DNA of 64,000 nucleotides from Phoronis australis. Its lineage: Eukaryota; Animalia; Phoronida. Under the pieces are notes generated by a model. That model was not told the origin of the DNA, searched no databases, and worked only from the letters and a program-made list of their open reading frames with translations. The stretch's first letter is position 1. Each line of letters opens with the position of its first letter. This document shows positions 53,618-64,000 of the stretch, piece by piece. The DNA lies in the NCBI GenBank assembly GCA_002633005.1, contig NMRA01000119.1, positions 502,578 through 566,577 on the forward strand. Direction: 5' to 3'. A program made the translations under genes and the position numbers.

Positions 53618-53796
53618 AACACCTTCTCATTTGATATGAGCTTTTCTCAAATAAATGAGCTTTGAAAAAAGGACTTAAATTGAATACTTAATAAGGTATT
53701 GCCCAGACAATGCCACTCTTGCAAATTCATTAAACGGTCTATCTTTTTTCGAAGCTCATTTATTTGAGAAAAGCTCATTTCAAATGAGAAGGTGTT
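53618..53796. repeat. 54-bp inverted repeat (2 mismatches, 71-nt spacer), probably inside a MITE at ~53505-53936
   Basis: 53618-53671 versus the reverse complement of 53743-53796. Confidence 0.85.
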
Positions 53797-56700
53797 AATA
53801 ACTCTTACCAGCATTTCGGAGAACATTGCTTAAAGCATAGTGCCAGAAAGTTTCATGAGAATTTAATCACTTATCCGTGAGATATGATGTTTCTAAGTTG
53901 GCCAAATTTGGAACTTTTCTATGGTCCTACAAACCCAAAGCTCATAAAGCATAACCCCTCAAGCGCACTTATTCATTTCAAATTACAATCCACCTGCACG
54001 CTAGACTGGTAATTTCAATGGCAATAGACAAAAAATATCAGCCAATGTACACCTATTGAATTGTGTCCCATTTTCAATGATATACTGTACATGGGTGTGC
54101 TTTTTGTCTGTGGACGTACTTGATTTACTGGCTTGGACGTCTGGTAGGCTCTCAATGATGACTTCTACCATAGGATTTAAACCAATCAGATGTCATAACC
54201 AACTGACCTAGTGGAACCAGCGAAGTCAATCAAGTGCAGCCAATTAAAAGTAGACTTTACCTGCTTGGTGTTTATAAAAACCCCAAAACAGGATATAATT
54301 TGGTGAACCATCTTTCCAAACACGATGCTCCTTTAACATGGCACGAAACGCATCTTATGTCGTTTGAAGGTTTTGCCACTCCTGTTTTCGTTTTATGATA
54401 ATTCAGACGTTGTTTATGCTGACCACAACAAGCTTTTATTTCACAATGCACTCCGCTGGACAGGTTTTCTCTAATCTTCATTATAAGTACTTGGGAAAAA
54501 TGAGAAAATACTTGCACCACAGGGCATTGACCATTATACCATAAGATGCGCTTGATAAGTTTTTCCCTTTTTACTAAGAAACTTTTACCTAAACAAAACA
54601 AAGGATTTGTGTGTAAGAAAAAGATGTTTTGCCCGATTGCACGTAACCCACGATTTTGTTGGAAATATTTCAAGCAGCTTCTGTAAAGCAAGAAAGGGAA
54701 ATAATATTTCAGAATTGGCAGTTCGTATTCAAAGCGAAGCTTTCCTTGATACTCTTTGCATGATTCTCCTAGGTACTGTTAGAAATTATTCCACTTTTGC
54801 AAGAAGGGCTATCAAAGAGTAGGGTTTAATGGATTTGTATAAAATAATTCAAGTTACATGAAATGAAAACAAAAATTTAGAAAACTGTATCAGTGTTTTT
54901 GAGATGTCAACTTGAACATGCATATTAAAGACAATTTAAGTGATGCTGTTGTTTGCTATGAATGTACCTATCTTTTTGCTGGAGATTTTTGCTAAGACAG
55001 GCGGCAGATTGATGTATTGTTAAAAATTAGATTATACGTGCAGGATCAATACTTTCACATTTCATCATGTTAAATTCTGTAGTTATGCACATTTTTGGCC
55101 AAATGCACAGACTAACCAATAAGTTTGCACATAACTATCATCTTGATATACAACAAGTACAATATAAAATTTCTGTTTGATTTCTGAGAAGAATGACCTT
55201 AGTCTATCTGATTTCTTTAATCACTCGTCTGTAAAGAACTACCATTCAAAGTGACAAAAAGTCACAAACACAAGATAAAAGAAGGGAAAGGTCGCAAAGA
55301 ACAGACAAGATTTAGCCAGGAGGCATTTGTGAGCTCCCCTTTGCATGGTATGGGGTACGGTACTCTTTGATTGACTCTAGAGCTAATTAAATGCCCTTAG
55401 CTTGAAGGCATAGAAGCAGGAAATGCACCTGACATGCTCAAATTTTAATATTTTTTTGTTATTCAGTGACACATCTATAGAAATTATCAATGTTCAGTGA
55501 TATTTTAGAGACACGTGTCACATTTTAAGACAATCACTGCCAGGGTTCACGTTGCCGACACACCTTCGTGGTGTTTTGATAAATCAAAACAATTCCTCCC
55601 GATCAAATATACGCAACCATACACAAGTTGGGTCCCGCATAATGGGAGACCTTCCAAGCAGCAACGTAGAAGCTGCTCAAATGGGACTGCACACCAATGG
55701 CCTCTAGGGGACATTGTTGCATTTATCTTGTGTTTAAAATCTATCACATATTCTGTAGAAGGGTCTTTTCACAAAGTCAAAATGTTCCTCTGATGCCTGA
55801 TTTTGCCTGAAAAGGAATTATCTCCTGGTAGAGCCAGGTGGTGATAAAGAGACACCTCTCTTTAAAGTCTTCCAAAAGTTTCCTGCTTTCTGAAAATCTC
55901 CCATTGGATTACACAAGTAAACTGTCAGATCAATAAATACTTTGGCTGTACTGGACATAGTCGAGCTAAGTGAAAACTATGGCCAAAGACCAAATGCTGG
56001 GGCAGACCAAAAAATACTACAGACAATGCCTCTAAATCCAGCAGCTAAACTCTGCAAACGCGATTGGAGACTTTGTGCCCAAACCTATTGTCCATAGTTT
56101 CCTACAGTACTCAGATATAGCTTTTCCAATCAGGTGCAAAGTTAGGGTTCCAAGCATTGCATTATTCTTAAAAATTATGAAATCAAATACATATGAGGTG
56201 TACTTTTTCAAAACTATCCAGACCATTAACCTGGTCTACGTTTATTTGCAGAAACCCACCCAAGCGTTTCTTTTAATGGGGCAACTTTTGTACAGACATT
56301 GCCCAGACAACAACAGTAATGTCCAATAAAAGTAATGTATTATCACTGTCCTAGAACAACATTATGGATATACAGGTATACTACAGCATTTAAAAATCAA
56401 AAAGGAATTGGAAAGGTCAACATCTGTGACTTAAACTGATTGAGTAGAGTTTGTCACAATCCAGACACCAGGGGGAGGGATTTTGCAATAATTAATCAGT
56501 TAACTGGTTTACCACTCAATGAATGTGGTTAACCAGTCTTAAATCTAAATTTATTTTACACAATTGGTTTTGAATTTTTGTACTCACAATATTTTCATAG
56601 CATTGCTACAATTCAAGAGTTTGCAAACGAGCAATTTTTTATCATGTATAGTTTACAGTTTATCATTAACGCCCATAACAAGCCAGGGAATGCAGTGGGC

Positions 56701-57092
56701 AGATTTTTAGACGGCTGAGGCTGACTAGAACTGTCAATGGTCAATTGCTCAGAGTGGACGTGAGGTGCAGGCAGGGGGTACAATTGCATCCGTCACACTA
56801 GCCTTGGCTACGAACATGTCATTCAGTTCAAGGGAGATTTTGGGAATTGACCTATTGCAAGCTCCGCCCCCTTGCGTAATGTCGACTAACAAACAATAAG
56901 TTTTACCCGGCAATGTGTTGTTTGTCGGGTAAAATGGCGGCATGGAAACGAAGATGTGTCAATAATGCTGCGTTCTAAATGGTCAGTTAAGCTATCACTC
57001 AAAATCCTGGCGATAGGTCAGTTGTGGAGTATCTATGACGTAAGCACTGAATGACCTGTCAGAAGAGGCGTGACTACAAATGCAGTACTTAC

Positions 57093-57259
57093 GTCTTTCG
57101 AAGTAGTTGCTCTTCCTGATGTAGACACAGGCAAGTGACATCACTTGTAGCTGGGACAAGCGAGAACGTGCTGTCTCTGGCAATGGCAGGATATCTCGCA
57201 AGTAAAGGATTTCGGCATTTATGAGATCACGTCTCTGTTTTGAGGCACCCTTTGTGGAC
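57093..57259 (-). CDS. NPAS4: NPAS4-like coding exon 2 (bHLH): [56 protein letters not shown]
   Basis: Acceptor tttcag|G, donor C|gtaagt; the STKGASK.RRD.INAEI basic region is diagnostic of the NPAS4/NPAS4L/dysfusion family. Confidence 0.96.
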
Positions 57260-60200
57260 CTGAAACATATGTGGGAACTGTCTGAAGATAAGTGTTTATC
57301 ATTTATCAGATAGATGTAATTTCATCTTAATGAGGAGTAAGTTCCGCACATTCTGATGTATTGTTTGTTGATGCACAGACTATCTCTGCTCTAGGGGTAC
57401 ACCTGTATGTCCAGAGCAATAAGCCAGTGCCTTGTGTTAAAAAAAAAACAACTTTTGGTTTATACTGCTTTAATTGTTAAACATTATGTTCTCAGTTTGT
57501 ACCTAGGTTTGAGAAGAACTGACTGGCCGTTACCTCTTCACTGCAGGCCCATCGAGTTTGTCATCAAGAGTTTGTTTCAGAGCCAATGCAGCATGGGAGT
57601 CAGAGAGTAAAAACTCAATTCAAACAAAGAATATGAACACAATGATGGTGGTTAGGAAGATTAAATATGTCTGTCTACAACACGATGTATGGCCCGGTTT
57701 TAGGCAACTACACTTTCTTCTGTAGTCCTACTATAACTTCTTGTGAAACACTTGTTGCTTTCGTCAGATTAAGTTACTCCTTTTAGAAAAATTAGCCGGG
57801 AGAAAATTTACTTATTTCAAGTGAAGCATCTGGATTTTTTCCAGTGTCAATTAATTCCTGTGTCCATGAAAACATGACATACTTATGTTTAAAATTTATT
57901 TAATTGATACAATCAGGAAATAAACTAGCAATGCAAAATGACAACGGTTTTCCTGAATCCAATGATGTTATCTAAACCCTCTACGTTGTTCTAGCCAAGT
58001 TTTATGTCATACAATACAGAATGAGTCAAATAGTGTTAGAGCTAACAAGGTGCTCTATTGCTTCCTAAAATAGTCAAAGGTTGTCTGTGTTACCACACTT
58101 CCTGGACACAAGACCATGACCCCCAACCCACACATTTTCTACAATATTGACATGATGCCACCGTTTCATATGAACTTCAATGTCCATTTTCTAATATAGA
58201 GGAGCTATATGTTGAAATTTGCTCCAGAGAAGAAAAAAGAACAGATGTTACCAGATGGCAATATTGTGTGTAAACGTGCATTGCCACCTATAGGCTTACA
58301 GTTTACATGGACAGAGACTTTAAAGAAGTGGAATTTCACAGCGTTTTTAAATTCTTTGCTAACCTCATGCTGCCTAATCACCACCCATTGTTAAATAGCG
58401 GATGTTCAAATGATTCATGTAAAGAAGTCTATGTTGCTAAATGCATGTTGGGCTTTGAGGGGGTAACTAATCTGCATAGTGCACTAGAATTTTGCAGGCA
58501 GTTATAAATCATGGGTGTCATTCACACACAATAGGCCTTTTGAAACTAACATGCAAAGTCAGTGAAGGCAGTTCTTTGTGAACCATGATCATAGTCACAA
58601 AACTGTCGCTGTTGGACTGTGCACCTAAACACAGATGAACAGAGAATTTAAGGTGCTGGTTGAGAAGATATTGTTTTATTACCCTCTATGGATTCTGAAT
58701 AGCCAAGCCCAGAAAATACCTCTGAATGAATGAATGAAAATGCGTTTGGTTTTCAAGATCATTAACTCTTCCCAATTTGACCTCAAGAATTTAAAATTGG
58801 GTCAAACAGAAGTTGTTCATTTTGTGCCCTCGCAATGCTAAAGAGTTGAGTTACAAATGTTTCCGATTGATCAATATTCCCCACACGTATCTCGGGCGTA
58901 GTCAGTGTCATGCAAACAACACCTTACGGCCAAACATTGTGAAACTGTCAAGGAGATTTCAGATATTTCCCTCGACAGCAGTGGATGTAAGGCTTTTAGA
59001 TCTACACGAGACTGAGTCTGAGCTAGCCTTGATAAAAAGTCAATAAAAGCACTCTCCAGAATCTAATCTAAGATTAGATTAGATTAGAGCCAAATGAGAG
59101 GCCCAAATTGAGCCTGCAACTAAGTTCCCAAACAAAACAAGTTTAAGACAGTTTAACATGTCCAAAATAACCTGCCCCGCTTTGAATTCTTTCTTCAAAA
59201 TCATAACAAAATACACTTGTCCCATAGCTATAGGCATGTGTGGGTATGCTTCTAAAGCCAAACTGTCATCTCGATAATTGAAACCTATTTGAAAAACTTT
59301 CAATGAACTCTGAAGATAGAGCCAAATGTAAAAACTAAAATTAATTACCACTAGGGGGCACAGCAGTAGTCAGATCTGTCAAAAAGTCGTGGTCAATTTC
59401 ACTCAAAGATCCTCAGTGCTAAGGACTAAGGACTGAAGAGCTACAGTCACAGACCCAAAAAAGTGCCAGTAGGGTGCGCCACAGCAGTTGAACCCTCCCA
59501 AAATTATTATCAGTCGTGGTTTTCTCAGTCATAGTACTCCTTTGAGAGGTTTGGCAAATACTTGAAGAGGTGGACTTCAATAAAACGGACTTCAAAGTAA
59601 CAAAATAGCAACTGGGTGACTCAAAATGGCAAACCCAAGAGATTAAAAGGGTTCAGTGAGTAAAAATAACACCTATGAGCTCACCTTATATCAAAACTCT
59701 ATTTTTTGTGACCGTCAACTGAATCAAAACATTCACGAATGTCCCAAGGTAATATTCAGTTTACTTAGACAGGGCTCAACAACCCTTAATTAAAATCACA
59801 CACCATTGTTTATTTCCAGACGGGCATTGTCTGCATGTCCCTGCTTTTTGATAGCTTTTACATCATAATCACTGCTATTCATCTAAAAGTTGTTGGTTAT
59901 ATCTCATTTGCACTAGTGATCTACAGAAGCGGAAGCTGACAGTGGAGTGTCGCTTGTCTCAATCACACTGAAAGCAGCAATAATTCGTGAATATACACAC
60001 ATTGGGATATGCCAGGGGGTTTGACAACTCGCACCGTAATTGTAGATTTCGTTGGGCAAGAAAAGAATTGGCAACGCGCTCCTTTCCAATATAAGATTTT
60101 CCAACTTAATTTGCAAAGTTTGTTCATCTGAGGGTAAAAGTGCTCTTCCCATAAGTGTAGGTTTTCCTGTTTTTCAAATACAATCAGTTGGAAGTTAAAG

Positions 60201-61634
60201 TTGCCTTAACACAAAGTTGAAAGTAAAATTCCGGTACTGCAATTGTCTCCATTTTTAGGGGCAAATTTCGTGAAGATATTTTAGCTATTTTTTTTTTTCG
60301 ATGAAACTGCATAAAGAATAGGCCAATTGCATGCGGAAATTATCACTTGCACGAAGAATTAACCTGTGCATAGTCTGACCGATACTTTATGGTCCCCCCG
60401 ACTACTTCATATGAGCATATGTCTGGCGCATGCGCCTTTATTTGAAACACTTGAGTGAAACCAAGGAACAGACTTCAACGTTTAAAATAGAGTGCGCTTG
60501 ACTTGATGTGTATTCAATATAACAGCAGCTATTAAACATAAAGTGCGAAGTATAAAAAAAACTACAAAAAAACACAATAAAACACCCAATTTGACACGCG
60601 CATACGTATATACGAGAAGCACAGGGGCATGTTCTTTAATGCGAATATATGAAGTACTTATGTATAAAATGTTCTTAGGAAAATCGCATTTTTTCGGGCA
60701 CACACGTTACAGTGTGGCTGCCTTGTGTTCATCTGATAGGTGCCTGAAACTATTGCATTACCAAAAAGTAAAAACAGGACTTTGTCAGGTAGGTGACAGC
60801 TGTGCCCTGGTTCAACAAGGACTGGTACCGTGGGCACACAGATGCAGACGATTTTTTTACTATACCTTGACTTTTCAAAAATTTCACCTTTATGCGAAAG
60901 CGAACATTTTTAATATTTTATCTTACCTATTCATGCTGATTGTGGCCTCCAGTCTGGTGCTGATAGCTAATACTGGACGATCGGTGGTAACCGCTTACTC
61001 ATCCAACCAAACATTGAAATGCATTTCTGCTTCACTCGTCCGGTACAAGATTTTTATGGATACATATCACGTGATCCTCGAAATTTGAATACACCGTCTT
61101 ATTGGTCGATGCGCCGAGGTGCGGTGATGCCTTGGACGCGTACACGTTTGTATACCAAGTGTGTGGATTCACTGGAGCGTAAAAGGGAGCCCGTTTTAAC
61201 CCTGCGACACGAAATCGTCATATCGGTTACTAAGGATGATCTTATTTACGAAATATTTTTGTCCTTCGTGTTGACCGGTTTTCACAAAGGACACTTCACT
61301 ATCACTCTGTCTGTAAACAATGTTTTTTTTTTTAATTTGGGACGAATGGACTGGACTCGACTAGGTCAACAACTCGTGCATACAACGTACTAGCCTTTCC
61401 ATAGCATGCTTTATTTGCCAAACAGGACCAACCAAGCTTGAGACTGTGTTTATTTCGCTACCGCATATGATTTTCTGAAAACTAAACACTGCATAACCCA
61501 CATTATTCTATTCCGAATTCTTTTTATCTGAAAATACAGTGAATAACAAATTTGGTCAATTCAAGACTTTGTCATCGTCAATGAATAATAGATTTTGTGA
61601 TCTACTGTTTTGCCAAGAAATACGAGTAACTTAC

Positions 61635-61648
61635 CTATGACCAAACAT
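61635..61648 (-). CDS. NPAS4: NPAS4-like coding exon 1: ATG TTT GGT CAT AG (MFGH-R); full protein 701 aa
   Basis: Perfect donor AG|gtaagt in phase 2, joining to give [12 protein letters not shown] (compare vertebrate [10 protein letters not shown]). Confidence 0.7.
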
Positions 61649-61782
61649 GTTCGTTAAATTTGGATTTATTTCCGAAAACAAGCCGCTAATCGCCCATGTA
61701 TATTAAGTAGACCTCTCCGGCATTCATTTACTACCAGGCGAAACTTGACCTGAGTCATTTTCCGGCACAGTGTTGGTTTATT

Positions 61783-61852
61783 CATGGGCGGCGCACCATA
61801 GGGGTCTGAGGGGCTATAGCCCCCCACTTATATCATTGCTGTGCCGCCCATG
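61783..61852. mobile_element. 70-bp mini-MITE with 5-bp TSD
   Basis: TIR CATGGGCGGC(G/A)CA; TTATT duplicated at 61778-61782 and 61853-61857. Confidence 0.8.
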
Positions 61853-62130
61853 TTATTCCTTCAGTAGGTATATACTGGACATAGTCGTAACGGAGAGGCT
61901 GGTGTTCGCGCCTGTAGACGCACGTTTGTTAATTAGAACTTTTTCCATTCTTTACCGGGTTTAATGTCGTAGCAGTGCGCACCTCATTTAGTATGTCATG
62001 CTCACGGTTTCACAGAGGCTGTACTCAGACCGGGCCCTGCGAACTAAATTGGAGAAATGCGAAGCTCACTGAAAGGCATGGAATGGCGAACGAGTGCCAA
62101 AGTCAAAGTAGGCGAGAGGAAGAGTGGCGT

Positions 62131-62212
62131 TGACTCATTTATTGTCGCCTGTTTATTTAAAATGCCGTTGCATGGGGAAATCACGCGACGTGGAAACCCG
62201 GAAATAACGTCA
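62131..62212 (-). promoter_or_regulatory. Candidate core/proximal promoter of the NPAS4-like gene
   Basis: AP-1 TGACTCA (62131-62137), TATA-like TTTAAATA on minus (~62154-62161), ETS+CRE-like CCGGAAATAACGTCA (62198-62212); locally CpG-rich. Confidence 0.4.
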
Positions 62213-62660
62213 TGTTTCAAGATTTATTAGTTGGTTTGGAAGTACGGTGTGTTTTCATAGTCATCTTATATGTTCTACGCAATCATCTAACTTCCATGAA
62301 GTAATTTGTGGAGTCCGCGGTTTTAATACTCCAAAGTGGCACGGCGTTTTGTTTTATTTTGCAAAGCCACACTGCATTTCAACTTACAAGATGTCTAGCT
62401 TAAGCTACTTTTTATCTATAAAAAGGGTTACCCAATTCCTGTTGGCGTTTTGAGATCAAAAAGTCTCAACTTGCACCTTTTTATCTGGAGGCAGGTATTG
62501 ATGCCTTCTGGATAACAATCTCAACGAATAAAAGTTGGAAAACGACCAAGCGACCTCTGGCTTTTGCTAAGATTACATAATGACGTTCAACGGGTCTAAA
62601 ATGGAGGGAAAGTCTTTTAGTAAATTAGCGCATGCGTTGTTGTTGTAGGCAGTGTGGTTT

Positions 62661-62921
62661 CATGCGCGCACCCAGGGACCGGGGGCCTCAGGGGGCTCGA
62701 AGGAGAAGGTCCGCCTCAGAGAAACAAAAAGTCCGAGAAAACGAGACAAAGTCCACTAAATAGGCAGGAACTACAAAATTCGGCGAAGGCACAATTAACA
62801 GCCCTGAACGTACCTCGATTGTTTTTTTTTTNCTCGATTTTTTTTTTTTTTTTAGTGAAAGGTCCTCATTCCCAGAGATCCGATCCGAGCCCCCCTACAT
62901 TTTAGGTTAGGTGCGCACATG
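62661..62921. mobile_element. MITE, longer relative of 40489-40673 in opposite orientation
   Basis: Termini CATGCGCGCACCC and GGTGCGCACATG; shared core CTCAGAGAAACAAAAAGT.CGA...AAAACGAGACAAAGTCCACTAAA. Confidence 0.75.
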
Positions 62922-64000
62922 CATAATTTTGAAGCAGGCTATTTCTTCTTGTTGTTTTCAAGTCGATGTCCCGGTCATTCTGGTTCTTTCTGAAACGAAA
63001 TGGTAGAATGAAGATCCAGAAATTTACCTAAGATGTATTTTCTTCGACTATTTGACCGTTTCGCGGGTCTCCGAGAAGTAAGCGGGCGCATCCCAGGATC
63101 CTAGAGATTTACGGTTTACCTATAGAGATGACTGTCTTCGCCTACTTGTTGCTTGAGCTTCGTTCCAAGGAACAAGGAGCCAAGAGAACAAGTACGCTTA
63201 GAAAGGTACTTGGTTACGAACACTTTGGCGCTTCACGTGCATCTGCGGAAGGAACCCCGGCCAGATTGCAGGTACGCGATATTTTTGTCTCTGGGGTGCC
63301 GGAACGTGCATACAGATAGGTAGGGCGTTCGCGTATCTACATGTTTGGTTTCGACTTCACGAGATGTCCACAATAAGAAAAATGCTAATTGAACGTGACT
63401 CATTGAGAAAATACCTAATAGATTATGCGGCCACAAGTTTCTAATTCCACACATCCATGAACTCCAAAAGATTTCATCCGTTATGCAGAGGTAACCTCAT
63501 TTGCGTGTGCAGTGGTTAATCTTTAATGAATTGCTTTATGTTCACTCATCAAATGTTAATTGCGTTGAATGTAGACCTATATCAACATAAAATATCCAAG
63601 AAATTACGTGAATTCAAAACTTACTGATGATTATGCATTTTTCATAGCACTGAAACTGAAAAAAGAACGAGTTTTGACGGCAAAAATTGGGTGTGAACGA
63701 AATATGTAACTACAAAGGTGGTCTTTGAGCTATCTTAACGCAATTCGCGCTCTTCTCAAATAACACTCCGCCTAGCAACACTTGTCCTCCAGTCTTCAAA
63801 ACGTCAGTACTCCAATTTGGGGGACTCGATGGTTGGGCATGGCTCCATCACTATGATCTAACGGCAATAGCGTATGCGTTACTAACCTCTTGGGTTTCCG
63901 GTGTTACATTAGCGATGAATCCATTCAATTATGATTTTCGACCAGTTTATCTTTGTGAATGTGTATCGTGAGAAATAGTTAGTACACTTCTTTTTTATAA

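Noticed and set aside
60543-61393. ORFs of 181 and 124 aa antisense within NPAS4-like intron 1
   Set aside because: No recognisable domain or splice support; the composition looks like non-coding or repeat DNA.

Overview
AT-rich, intron-rich animal genomic DNA. It looks like an invertebrate deuterostome (hemichordate/echinoderm/amphioxus-like), which is an inference from the protein sequences and repeat types. I assembled three complete spliced genes by hand, with GT-AG junctions and consistent phases. (1) Minus strand: a cytoplasmic-type creatine kinase, 6 coding exons at 3982-11536, 381 aa, with a probable first exon about 11 kb upstream near 22700-22780. (2) Plus strand: TRMT61A, the tRNA m1A58 methyltransferase catalytic subunit, 3 exons at 23068-28260, 304 aa, head-to-head with CK. 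(3) Minus strand: an NPAS4/dysfusion-like bHLH-PAS transcription factor, 10 coding exons at 38847-61648, 701 aa. Introns and intergenic DNA hold many non-autonomous DNA transposons (TA-, 5-, 8- and 9-bp TSD classes plus a Helentron/HINE-like element), LINE fragments and a 789-N gap. The most notable observations are: the CK/TRMT61A divergent pair, which mirrors human CKB-TRMT61A; an apparent 1-nt intron slide and a Thr-to-Ala change in the CK KRGTGGVD loop; a possible in-frame N-terminal extension of CK; an in-frame uORF before TRMT61A; a ~270-bp foldback just after the TRMT61A first donor; an immediate-early-type promoter on the NPAS4-like gene; and a family of 5-bp-TSD MITEs, one carrying a tRNA-like Pol III cassette. 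I found no evidence of a wholly new multi-gene system.
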